From the human T2T-CHM13v2.0 reference genome, Homo sapiens: 64,000 nucleotides of DNA. How positions within the stretch are numbered: position 1 is the first letter of the stretch; each line of letters starts with the position of its first letter. The translations under genes were made by a program, and so were the position numbers. Shown one piece after another: positions 47,916 through 64,000 of the stretch. The notes under the pieces were generated by a model, which saw nothing but the letters and a program-made list of their open reading frames with translations, did not search any database and had not been told where the DNA came from. The DNA is taken from the NCBI RefSeq assembly GCF_009914755.1, contig NC_060947.1. One strand, written 5' to 3'.

Positions 47916-50900
47916 GGGACTGATCCAAGATGGTCGATTAGAAGCAGCTGCAGTTTGTGGCACTCACAGAGAGGAATGAAAAGGGGTGAGTGAATTCAGC
48001 ACCTTCATCTGAAATATCCGGCTTCTCACACTGGGACTGACTAGGTAAACAACTTGACCAACAGAGAATGAAGAAAAGCAGGATGGGGTGACAGCCCACA
48101 CAGGAGCAGCACAGAACCAAAGGAACCCCCATCCCCAGCCAAGGGAAGCCGTGAGTGATTGTGCAACCCCACACAAGAAAACATGCTTCTCCCATGGATC
48201 TTTGCAACCCATGGATCAGGAGATCCCCTCGTGAACCCATGCCACCAGGGCCTTGGGTCTGATAGACAGAGCTGTATAGAGTCTTGGCAGAATAGCCACT
48301 CAGGCATACACAGAGACCCAGGAGTTTTATATACTTTGGCCCTGGGATTCCCAGCAAGGCAGGAAATCCGTCCGTACCTATCCCTAGGAAAGGGGCTGAA
48401 TCCAGGGAGCCAAGCAACGTCATTCTTTGGGCCCCACTTCCACATTATCTCACAAGTTAAGACCCACAGGTTTGGAATTCCAGCTAGCCAATGGCAATGG
48501 GCTGGAGTCTGACTGAGACAAGTCCAAGTTCCTGGGGGGAGGGGAAGTTGCCATCTCTGCAGTTCAGTCGACTCAGCTGCTCCAGCCTGCCGGCTTTGGA
48601 GAGTCCAGATGTTCCAGAGGAGGAGAGGTCCCCCACAACACAGTACAGCTGCCTTGCCAGATTGTGGCCAAACTGCTTCTTTAAGCAGGACACTGATCCA
48701 TTCCTCCTCGCTGGGTGGGACATCCCTGCAGGAGCTTCAGCCACTTCAGCCAGGATTCTATGGACAGAGCTATGATCTCTCCCTGGGACAGCTTCTGGAG
48801 TTGGGGTGGGGGTGGGGGGTAGCCGCCATGTCAGCAGTTGGGTAGACTCAGCCGTTCCAGCCTGCTGGCTGTGGAGAAAACAGACAGTCTGGACGAGGAA
48901 GGGTCCCTCACAGTGCAGCACAGCTGCCTTGCCAGATCTTGGCCAGAGTGCTTCTTTAATTGGGACCCCAATCCATTTCTCCACACTAGGTGGGACCTCC
49001 CTGCGGGGGCTTCAGCCACACCAGCAAGGGTTCTACAGACAAATCTCTGATCTCTCCCTGGGACAGAGCTTCTGGGCATAGGGGCGGCTGCCACCTCCAC
49101 AGTTCAGTTGACTCAGCCGCTCCAGCTTGCTGGCTGTGGAGAATACAGGTGGTCTTGATGGGGAAGGTCCCCCACAACACAGCACACTTGCATTGCCCAA
49201 AAGCAGCCAGACTGCTTCTTAGGGCAGGTCCCTGATCCAGTTCCTCCTGACTGGGTGAGATCTTTCAACTATAGGAGGTGGTGGATCTCCAGCCACCTCC
49301 TTTAGGTTTGTGCAGGACAGCAAGAGGTCAGTAGCCCCCTGGGATGGAGCTACCAGAGGAAGGGGGTGGCTGCTGTCTTTGCTGTTTCATGGCCTTTACT
49401 GGTGATAACTCCAGGCATGGGACAAACCAAGGCAACTGGGGTCTGGAATGGACCCCCAGAAAACCATGGCAGCCCTGAGGTAGAGTGGCCTGACTGTTAA
49501 AATAAAAACAAACAGAAAACAACAAGATCAACAAAAAGGACCCCACAAAAACCTCATTCAAAGGTCAGCAATGTCAAAGATCAAAGGTAGATAAGCCCAC
49601 AAAGACAAGAAAGAATCACCAAAAAATTGCTGAGAACTCAAAAAGCTAGACTGCCTCTTCTCCAAATGACTCCAACACCTCTCCAGCAAAGGACACAGAA
49701 CTGAGCTGAGGCTGAGATGGCTGAATTGACAGAAGTAGGCCTCAAAAGCTAGGTAATAATGAACTTCGCTGAGCTAAAGGAGCATGCTATAACCCAATGC
49801 AAAGAAGCTAAGAATCATGAAAAAACAATACAGGAGCAGATAGCCACAATAGGCAATTTAGAGAGGAACATAACTGAGCTGATGGAGCTGAAAAACCCAA
49901 AACATGAGAACTTCACAATGCAATCAAAAGTATCAATAGCAGAATATACCAAACAGAGGAAAGAATCTCAGAGCTTAAAGACTATCTTTCTGAAATAAGG
50001 CAGGCAGACAAGAATAGAGGAAAAAGAATGAAAAGGAATGAACCAAACCATCCGAGAAATATGGGATTATGTAAAGAGATGGAACCTATGACTGATTGGG
50101 GTACCTGAAAGAGATGAGAAGAATGAGAAGAATGGAACCAACTTTTAAAACATACTTCAGGATATCATCCAGGACAACTTCCTCAACCTAGCAAGACAGG
50201 CCAACATTCAAATTCAGAAAATGCTGAGAACCCCAGGAAAATACCCCACGAGAAGATTGACCCCAAGACACGACACATAATCATCAGATTTCCAAGGTTG
50301 AAATGAAAGAAAAAATGTTAAGTGCAGCCAGAGAAAAAGGCCAGGTCACCTACAAAGGGAAACCCATCATACTAACAGCGGACCTCTCAGTGGAAACCCT
50401 AAAAAGCCAGAAAAGATTGGGGCCAATGTTCAACATTCTTTAAAAAATAAAAAGAAATTCTAACCCATAATTTCATATCCAGCCAAAATAAGCTTCATAA
50501 GCGAAGGAGAAATAAGATCCTTTTCAGACAGGCGAATGCTGGGGGAATTTGTTACCATCAGGCCTACCTTGCAAGAGCTCCTGAAGAAAGCACAGAATAT
50601 GGAAAGGAAAAACCATTACCAGCCACTACAAAAACACACTGAAGTACACAGACCAGTGACACTATGAAGCAACCACATAAACAAGTCTGCAGAATAACCA
50701 GCTAGCATCATAATGACAGGATTAAACTCACACATAACAATAATAACCTTAAATGTAAATGGACTGAATTCCCCAATTAAAAGACACAGAAAGGCAAGCT
50801 AGATAAAAAGCCAAGACCCATTAGTATGCTGTCTTCAGCAGACCCATCTCATGTGCAAAGACACACATAGGCTCAAAATAAATGGATGGAAGAAAATTTA

Positions 50901-53900
50901 CCAAGCAAATGGAAAACAGAAAAAAGCAAAGGTTGCAATACTAGTTTCTAACAAAACAGATTTTAAACCAACCAAGATTTTAAAAAAGACAAGGGCATTA
51001 CATAATAGTAAAGGATTCAATGCAACAAGAAGAGCTATTTAGGTATCTTAAATGTATATGTGCCTAATACAGGAGCAATCAGATTCATAAAACAAGTTCT
51101 TAGAGACCTACAAAGAGACTTAGACTCCTGCACAATAATAGTGGGAAGCTTTGACACCCCACTGACAATATTAGACAGGTCATTGAGACAGAAAATTTCA
51201 AAAAAATATTCAGGACCTGAAAGTCAGCTCTAGATCAAGTGGACCTGATAGATATCTACAGAACTCTCCACCTCAAAACAACAGAGTATACATTCTTCTC
51301 ATTGCCACATTGTACTTACTCTAAAATTGATCACATAATCGGAAGTAAAACACTCCTCAGCAAATGCAAAAGAACTAAAATCATAACAGTCTCTTAGACC
51401 ACAGCACTATCAAATTAGAACTCAAGATTAAGAATTTCACTCAAAACCACACAACCACCTGGAAATTGAACAACCTGCTGCTGAATGACTCTTGGGTAAA
51501 TAATGAAATTAAAGCAGAAGTCAAGAAGTTCTTTGAAACTAATGAGAACAAAGAGACAGTGAACCTGATTCTCTGGGATGCAGCTAAAGCAGTGTTAAGA
51601 GGGAAATTTATACCACTAAATGCCCACATCAGAAATTCAGAAAGATCTCAAGTTAGCAACCTAACATCTCAACTAAAAGAACTAGAGAACCAAGAGCAAT
51701 CCAACCCCAAACCTAGCAGAAGACAAGAAATAACGAAGATCAGAGCTGAACTAAAGGAGATAGAGACATGAAAAACCCTTTGAAAGCTCAACAAATCCAG
51801 GAGCTGGTTTTTTGAAAATATTAATGAAATAGACTGCTAGCTAGACTAATAAAGAATAAACATGAGATGAATCAAATAAACACAATCAGAAATTATAAGG
51901 GGGATATCACCACTGACCCCACAGAAATACAAACTACCATCAGAGAATACTATGAACACCTCTATGCACATAAACTAGAAAATCTGGAAGAAATTGATAA
52001 ATTTCTGGACACATACACCTTCCCAAGACTGAACCAGGAAGAAATTGAATCCCTGAACAGACCAATAACAAGCTCTGAAATTGGGTCAGCAATAAATAGC
52101 CTACCAACCAAAAAAAGCCCAGGACCAGATTGATTCACAGCAGAATTCTACCAGATGTACAAAGAAGAGCTGGTACCATTTCTACTGAAACTATTCTAAA
52201 CAATTGGAAAGGAAAGACTCCTCTCAAACTCGTTTTATGAAGCCAGTATCATCCTGATACCACAACCTGGCAGAGATACAACAACGAAAAAGAAAACTTC
52301 AGGCCAATAACCTTAGTGAACGTTGATGCAAAAATCCTCAATAAAATACTGACAAACTGAATCCAGCAACACATCAAAAGGCTAATCCACCACAATCAAG
52401 TTGGCTTTATCTCTGGGATGCAGGGTTGGTTCAACATATGCAAATCAATAAGTGTCATTCATCACATAAACAGAACTAAGAATAAAACCACATGATTATC
52501 TCAATAGAAGCAGAAAAGTCCTTTGATAAAATCCAATGTCCCTTGATGTTAAAAACTCTTAATAAACTAGATGTTGAAGGAACGTACCTCAAAATAATAA
52601 GAGCCATATATGACAAACCCATAGCCAGTATCATACTGAATGGGCAAATGCTGGAAGCATTTCCCTTGAAAACCAGCACAAGACAAGGATCCCATCTCTC
52701 ACCACTCCTATTCACCATAGTATTGGAAGTACTGGCCAAGGCAATCAGGCAAGAGAAAGAAAGGAAGAAATAAGGATATTCAAATAGGAAGAGATGAAGT
52801 CAAATTATCTTTGTTTGTAGATGACATGATCCTATATCTAGAAAACCCCATCGTCTAAGCCCAAACGCTGCTTAAGCTGATAAGCAACTTCAATAATGTC
52901 TCTGGATATAAAATAAATGTACAAAAATCACCAGCATTCCTATACACCAACAACAGGGAAGCAGAGAGCCAAGTCATGAATTAACTCCCACTCATAATTG
53001 CTACAAAAGGAATAAAATGCCTAGGAATATGGCTAACAAGGGACATGAAGGACCTCTTCAAGGAGAACTTACAAACCACTGCTCAAGGAAATGAGAGAGG
53101 ACACAAACAAATGGAGAAACATTCCATGCTCATGGATAGGAAGAATCAATATCTTGAAAATGGCCTTGCTGCCCCAAAGTAATTTATAGAGTCAATGCTA
53201 TTCTCGTTAAACTACCACTGACATTCTTAACAGAATTAGAAAAAACTTTTAAAAAATTCATGTGGAAGCAAAAAAAAAAAAAAACAAAAAACACCCAAAT
53301 AGCCAAGATAATCCTAAACAAAATGAACAAAGATGGAGGCATCAGGCTACCCGACTTCAAACCGTGCTACAAGGTTACAGTAACCAAAACAGCATGGTAG
53401 TGGTACAAGACCAGACACATAGACCAATGGAACAGAATAGGGAATTCAGAAATAATACTGCACACCTACAACCATTTGATCTTTGACAAACTTGACAAAA
53501 ACTAGCAATGGGAAAATGACTCCCTATTTAGTAATTGGTGCTGAGAGTTCTATCTAGCCATATGTGGAAATTTGAAACTAGACCCCTTCGTTACACCATA
53601 TACAAAAATTAACTCAAGATGAATTAAAGACTTAAATGTGAAACCCAAAACTATAAAAACCCCAGAAGAAAATCTAGGCTGTAACATTCAGGACATTGGC
53701 ACGGGTAAAGATTTCATAACAAAAACACCAAAAGCAATTGCAACAAAAGCAAAAATTGACAAATGGGATCTAATTAAACTAAAGAGCTTCTGCACAGCAA
53801 ATGAAACTACCAACAGAGTAAACAGATAACCTACAGAATGGGAGAAAAGTTTTGCAATGTATCCATCTGACAAAGCTCTGATATCCAGCATCTATAAGGA

Positions 53901-54797
53901 ATTTAAACAAATTTACAAGAAAAAAACAACCCCATTAAAAGGTGGTCAAAGGACATGAACAGACACTTCTCTAAGAAGACATACATGCGGCCAACAAACA
54001 TAAAAAATGTTCAACATCACTGATCATTAGAGAAATGCAAATCAAAACCACAATGAGATATCATCTCATGCCAGTCAGAATGGCTATTACTAAAAAGTCA
54101 GAAATAACAGATGCTGGCTAGGTTGTGGAGAAAAGGGAATGCTTTTACACTGATAGTAGGAGTGTAAATTAGTTCAACCATTGTGGAAGACAGTGTGGTG
54201 ATTCTTCAAAGACCTAGAGGCAGAAATACTATTTGACCCAGTAATCCCATTACTGGGTATATACCCAAAGGAATATAAATCATTCTATTATAAAGATACA
54301 TGCACACATATGTTCTTTACAGCACTATTCAGAACAGCTAAGACATGGAATCAACCTAAATGCCCATCATTGATAGACTGGATAAAGAAAATGTGGTATA
54401 TATACACCATGGAATACTATGCAGCCATAAAAAGGAACAAGATCATGTCCTTTGCAGTGACATGGATGGAGTTGGAAGCCATTATCCTCAGCAAACTAAC
54501 ACAGGAACAGAAAATAAACATTCTTATTCTTATAAGTGTGTTCTTATAAGTGGGAGGGTTATGATGAGAACACATAGACACATGGGTGGAACAACACACA
54601 CTGGGGCCTACTGGGGGGGATGAGGGGGGTGGGAGAGCATCAGGAAGAATAGCTAGTGGATTCTGGACTCAATACCTGGGTTATGGGATGATCTGTGCAG
54701 CAAACCACCATGGCACATGTTTATCTATGTAACAAACCTGCACATCCTGCACATGTGCCCCTAAACTTAAAATAAAAGCTGAAGAAAAAAAATAAAA
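47916..54797 (+). mobile_element. Full-length older L1 (L1PA11-13-like), 6882 bp, both ORFs disrupted
   Basis: CCAAGATGG start, ~1.7-kb 5'UTR with repeated units, ORF1 and ORF2 fragments, 3'UTR GAGAGCATCAGGAAGAATAGCTA. Perfect 18-bp TSD AATAAAGCTGTGAGTAGC at 47898-47915 and 54798-54815, preceded by TTT (L1 endonuclease-type site). Confidence 0.95.
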
Positions 54798-55169
54798 AAT
54801 AAAGCTGTGAGTAGCTATCAACAATAGTATTTGAATTTCCAAAATTTTCAAGTACCATATATCTCAGATTTCACAACTTTGATCTTAAATGGTTAGTCTC
54901 ACTAATAATAATTTAAAAGTACTTGAATTTATGAATTTTGTAATTAACCTTCATTAGCTTAACTTTAATATTAGCACAAAATTAACAGCAGTTCACATTT
55001 CAGTACCGAGATCTTGATGTGTATGTGTGTGAATGTGCATAAAGATAAAGAATACAGATGTAAGTCAGATATGCCAGCAAGTGGTTAATAAAATGTGGTA
55101 GCATGGCATTTGTGCCTAGCTTATTTGCATCAGATTTACTCTTCTGGGTGCCTCTTGGATGTTTTTCAG

Positions 55170-55318
55170 TTTTTTTAAATTGTTATAAGATATGTGTAAC
55201 ATAAAATTTACCATCTTAGGCATTTGAAATGTACAGTTTGGTGTTACTAAATACATTCATAATGTTGTGCCACCATCACTACCATCCATCTCTATAACTT
55301 TTTGTCTTGTAAAACTGA
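55170..55318 (-). mobile_element. L1MB 3' end fragment
   Basis: TAACATAAAATTTACCATCTTA...GTACAGTT...ACATTCATAATGTTGTGC. Confidence 0.75.
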
Positions 55319-55371
55319 TCAGTTGAACATACTTGGTGAGTATGCCATAACTTTTTTACTGAAAATTGGGA

Positions 55372-55674
55372 GGCCAGGCACAGTGGCTCACTCCTGTAAT
55401 TTCAGTGCCTTAGGAAGCTGAGGCAGGATGATTGCTTGAGGCCAGGAGTTTGAGGCCAGCCTGGGCAACATATTGAGACCCCATCTCTACAAAACACGTT
55501 TTAAAATTAGTTACGTATGGTGGTGCACGCCTGTAGTCCTAGCTACTTGGGAAGCAGATGCAGGAGGATGACTTGAGCCAAGGAGTTCAGGGTTACAATG
55601 AGCTATGATCATGCCACAGCACTCCACCTCCAGCCTTGGCAACAAAGTGAGACCCTGTCTCTAAAAAAATTAAA
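55372..55674 (+). mobile_element. AluJ
   Basis: GGATGATTGCTTGAGGCCAGGAGTTTGAG...GAGCTATGATCATGCCAC. TSD GAAAATTGGG at 55361-55370 and 55675-55684. Confidence 0.94.
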
Positions 55675-56284
55675 GAAAATTGGGGCCCTAACTTTTTACC
55701 TTCAAAAGTTTGTAGGTATGTCCAGAGATAGTGTGATTTTAAAGTGACTTACTGATTAACTGTAGTGTGTCTGGAGGAAGCATAACTTATAGATGAACTG
55801 GAAGCCCCAAACAGTGGTCAAAGGACATCAGTGCTAGAGAAGAGCATTGAGGGACAATATAGTACTTCCCTTTGAAAGGGCAGAACTCAAGTCAACGAGG
55901 GTGAGTGCCAAAAAGCCACTTTCAGATCAATGTAAGAAGAAACTTTCTAGCAGATGCCTTAAATACTTAAGCAGTAGAATGATGATTGTCTGTATGGAAT
56001 ATATTGTGTGGAAGATTAGACTAAATAAGTTCTAACATCCTGTTGTTATGTTATTCTATTTTTTTAATTTATTTATTATTATTATACTTTAAGTTTTAGG
56101 GTACATGTGCACAATGTGCAGGTTAGTTACATGTGTACACATGTGCCATGCTGGTGCGCTGCACCCACTAACTCGTCATCCAGCATTAGGTATATCTCCC
56201 AATGCTATCCCTCCCCCCTCCCCCACCCCACAACTGGCCCCAGAGTGTGATGTTCCCCTTCCTGTGTCCATGTGTTCTCATTGT

Positions 56285-60138
<3,854 letters not shown>

Positions 60139-60174
60139 TTAGTTGATGCAGTTTCTTCCTAGTCTCGATGGTCT

Positions 60175-61191
60175 TTACATTTTGGCATGATTTTGCAGTG
60201 GCTGGAACCGGTTGTTCCTTTCCATGTTTAGCACTTCCTTCAGTAGCTCTTTTAGGGCAGGCCTGGTGGTGACAAAATCTCTCAGCATTTGCTTTTCTGT
60301 AAAGTATTTTATTTCTCCTTCACTTATGAAGCTTAGTTTGGCTGGATATGAAATTCTGCATTGAAAATTCTTTTCTTTAGGAATGTTGAATATTGGCCCC
60401 CACTCTCTTCTGGCTTTTAGAGTTTCTGCCGAGAGATCCGTTGTTAGTCTGATGGGCTTCCCTTTGAGGGTAACCCGACCTTTCTCTCTGGCTGCCCTTA
60501 ACATTTTTTCTTTCATTTCAACTTTGGTGAATCTGACAATTATGTGTCTTGCAGTTGCTCTTCTCAAGGAGTATCTTTGTGGCATTCTCTGTATTTCCTG
60601 AATCTGAATGTTGGCCTGCCTTGCTAGATTGGGGAAGTTCTCCTGGATAATATCTTGCAGACTGTTTTCCAACTTGGTTCCATTCTCCCCATCACTTTCA
60701 GGTACACCAATCAGACATAGATTTGGTCTTTTCACATAGTCCCATATTTCTTGCAGGCTTTGCTCGTTTCTTTTTATTCTTTTTTCTCTAAACTTCCCTT
60801 CTCGCTTCATTTCATTCATTTCATCTTCCATCACTGATACCCTTTCTTCCAGTTGATCACATCAGCTCCTGAGGCTTCTGCATTCTTCACATAGTTCTCG
60901 AGCCTTGGTTTTCAGCTCCATCAACTCCTTTAAGCACTTCTCTGTATTGATTATTCTAGTTATACATTCTTCTAAATTTTTTTCAAAGTTTTCAACCTCT
61001 TTGCCTTTGGTTTGAATTTCCTCCCGTAGCTTGGAGTAATTTGATCGTCTGAAGCCTTCTTCTCTCAGCTCGTCAAAGTCATTCAACGTCCAGCTTTGTT
61101 CCATTGCTAGTGAGGAACTGTGTTCCTTTGGAGGAGGAGAGGCGCTCTGCTTTTTAGAGTTTCCAGTTTTTCTGCTCTGTTTTTTCCCCAT
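60175..61191 (-). pseudogene. L1 ORF1 with nonsense codon 110
   Basis: MGKKQSRKTGNSK start (109 aa), TGA at 60862-60864 (CGA in copy A), then a 219-aa in-frame remainder. Confidence 0.94.
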
Positions 61192-61646
61192 CTTTGTGGT
61201 TTTATCTACTTTTGGTCTTTGATGATGGTGATGTACAGATGGGTTTTTGGTGTGGCTGTCCTTTCTGATTGTTAGTCTTCCTTCTAACAGACAGGACCCT
61301 CAGCTGCAGGTCTGTTGGAGTTCCTGGCCGTGTGAGGTGTCAGTCTGCCCCTGCTGGGGGGTGCCTCCCAGTTAGGCTGCTCAGGGGTCAGGGGTCAGGG
61401 AGCCACTTGAGGAGGCAGTCTGCCCGTTCTCAGATCTCCAGCTGCGTGCTGGGAGAACCACTGCTCTCTTCAAAGCTGTCAGACAGGGACATTTAAGTCT
61501 GCAGAAGTTACTGCTGTCTTTTTGTTTGTCTGTGCCCTGCCCCCAGAGGTGGAGCCTACAGAGGCAGGCAGGCCTCCTTGAGCTGTGGTGGGCTCCACCC
61601 AGTTGGAGCTTCCAGTCTGCTTTGTTTATGTAAGCAAGCCTGGGCA

Positions 61647-62114
61647 ATGGTGGGCGCCCCTCTCCCAGCCTCGCTGCCGCCTTGCAGTTTGATCTCAGAC
61701 TGCTGTGCTAGCAATCAGCGAGACTCCGTGGGCGTAGGACCCTCCGAGTCAGGTGTGGGATATAATCTCCTGATGCACCCTTTTTTAAGCCCATTGGAAA
61801 AGCGCAGTATTCGGGTGGGAGTGACCCGATTTTCCAGGTGCCGTTTGTCACCCCTTTCTTTGACTAGGAAAGGGAACTCCCTGACCCCTTGCACTTCCCA
61901 AGTGAGGCAATGCCTCCCCTTGCTTCGGCTCGCGCACGGTGCACTGCACCCACTGACCTGTGCCCAGTGTCTGGCACTCCCTAGTGAGATGAAACCAGTG
62001 CCTCAGATGGAAATGCAGAAATCACCTTTCTTCTGCGTCGCTCACGCTGGGAGCTGTAGACTGGAGCTGTTCCTATTCGGCCATCTTGGCTCCTCCCTCA
62101 TGTTATTCTATTAA
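61647..62114 (+). CDS. L1 antisense ORF0, extended 155-aa frame; translation unproven
   Basis: GCAATGG start, MVGAPLPASLPPCSLISDCCASNQRDSVGVGPS..., open through the L1 5' end to a TAA at the TSD boundary. Confidence 0.5.
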   Translation: MVGAPLPASLPPCSLISDCCASNQRDSVGVGPSESGVGYNLLMHPFLSPLEKRSIRVGVTRFSRCRLSPLSLTRKGNSLTPCTSQVRQCLPLLRLAHGALHPLTCAQCLALPSEMKPVPQMEMQKSPFFCVAHAGSCRLELFLFGHLGSSLMLFY

Positions 62115-62239
62115 AGATAGGAAACACATTGAATAGTAGTCAGGTTTCCTGTCATATCATGTTTTTCATTAGCCCATCAATGAAACCATCTTCCTTACCT
62201 TTCTAGATTGTTACACCATTTTGTCAAGTGACAGCTAGT

Positions 62240-62620
62240 GTACCCTTCAGTTCTTTCTGTTTTCTTTGCCTAAAATGTTCTTCTCCTAGATCTTTTAATA
62301 GCAGTGCCATTTTTATCATTCATTTCTCATCTCAAATGCCATCGTTTCAGAAAGGGATTCCCTGACCATTCTGTTTAAAATAGTCCACTTATGCCCCTTC
62401 ATCATCATCCCCCATTATTCTCTATCATATCACCTTGTTTATTTCCTTCAGGGAAATGATTATATTCTGTAATTTTCTTGTTTGCTTTTTTCCGTCTTTC
62501 CTCACTTAGACGTAAGCCCCATGAGGTCATGAACCTTTTCTATCTTGTTCATAGGTAAATCCCTAGTTCCCAACACAGTGCTGTCCACGCATAAAGATGG
62601 TAAATATTTGTTAAATGGAT
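62240..62620 (+). mobile_element. L2 3' end
   Basis: CTCAAATGCCATC..TTCAGAAAGG..TTCCCTGACCA...GTAAGCCCCATGAGG...TAAATATTTGTTAAATGGAT. Confidence 0.8.
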
Positions 62621-64000
62621 AAAGACCCTCACACCACATTTAGGGTTTTTTTTATGGTAAAGACATTCTTGGACTGGAAGAGCCTTGCTCAGAGACATTT
62701 TGCACTTCCCCACCACCTCATATCAGGTATTTGGATGTCCAAGGTTGATAATCTTTCCATTTTTATAATATGTCAAAAAGTGGTCCTTTTTCTGTTACTG
62801 CTTTCAATGATGACAGGTTTTCCAAAATGTAAAGACAAGAAACTGGAGCATTCATGGAAAAAAATGTTGTTGTAATTAAAATTTTGTGGCTATATTTAAG
62901 GATAAATGATAAACATCACAGATGGTTGTTTGCAAAGATGTATGTGAGTGCTTGGTTACATGGGCTTCATCCAGTGGTTTGCTGTAACTTAATTATTTAA
63001 CTGATAGGATCAGAAATGGAATCACCTGAGACATTATGGTAGCACCTGCTTCTGAAACCATTATCAAAGTGATCTTTATGTCATCTTTCTTCCCAGGGTC
63101 TAGTGAAGATGACCACCTGCTTGCCTTGGCTTTAACTTACTTCAGTGCTCACTAGTCATGTTTCTTTTATTTCTCCACCTAGCTTTAATGATTTTTTAGA
63201 AATAATTTCATTCATTATATGTGGGTGCTATATTAACATCAAACCACATTTCTCTTTTCATAAATCCCCTAAAAGCACATCTTTCTAAGCAAAACATTTT
63301 AGTTTGCAATGACCCTGTGTTATAGTTTGCCATTACCTTATTTTCTATATTTGACAGTATTGTCTAATGTATTTTGGGCAGGCTTTTTGATCAGCTTTTT
63401 TACTGACAATAACAGGCAAGTATTTCCATTAGTCTTCCGGCTCCTTTTATCCCTATATTCTTTCTTCTTTCTTCCTGTCTTTTCATCTTGCTTCTTCCCC
63501 ATGCATTTTTTCTATTTATCTTAAAAATATTTTTCTTGTGTGATGTGCCATAAATTGATGTTGACAAAATGGTTTCTATCAATAAATGAATTCTTAAATT
63601 TACTGAAAATTTTAATTGAATTTTTTAAAGCCAGAATGACTCCTTGTTCTTCCCAAAGACAAAAAGCTGTTCATGTCCACACCTGCTAATCTAAGCTGTG
63701 GATTCTTAGTCCTTTGAAACACACAAAACAGTGCTCAGCAAAATTTTTTATTTTTTCTAAGTGCCAGAATACTGGCTACTGCTGAGGTAATTGGTTAGCC
63801 ACACGTTGTATATGTTATTATTATGGCTTTTAAAGCTCCAAGTATAGGTAGAAACTAGGAAAAAAATTTGTATAATCCTCAAAATATTAAACTTCCATAA
63901 ATAGTATTTGCATAGGTGCCACATGAGATTTCCTTTGAAAATCAAAAAAAAGAAATTTATGGAAAACTAATACTCGTGTAATAACATAAGTTACCACTCA

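Noticed and set aside
47938-49561. Dense overlapping ORFs up to 166 aa
   Set aside because: They lie in the GC-rich repeated L1 5'UTR, where stop codons are rare, and show no recognisable protein motif.

Overview
Primate (human-like) AT-rich, gene-poor genomic DNA. No host protein-coding gene, RNA gene or CRISPR array is recognisable. The long ORFs are all LINE-1 derived; the short ones are repeat-derived or chance frames. My rough tally is that a little over half the window is LINE-1. It holds two full-length minus-strand L1PA3-like elements (16642-22697, 56061-62099), a full-length plus-strand L1PA11-13-like element (47916-54797), an internally deleted L1MA (28940-33915) and many old L1M fragments. 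Also present are eight Alus, THE1/MST solo LTRs, a decayed ERVL-class provirus with readable protease and RT motifs, MER58A, MIR, L2 and a CR1/L3 relic. The strongest signal is that the two L1PA3 copies, 39.4 kb apart with different TSDs, share many non-consensus substitutions along their whole length, which suggests inter-element gene conversion or a common private source. Other leads: a 34-nt internal L1 patch between triplicated host sequence, an older-subfamily patch inside one L1PA3, a 155-aa read-through ORF0, a phased triple E-box, a candidate 96-nt exon, and mirror-image MER58A/L1MB composites. I did not find a convincing novel biological system. Subfamily calls and consensus comparisons are from memory and need RepeatMasker/Dfam confirmation.
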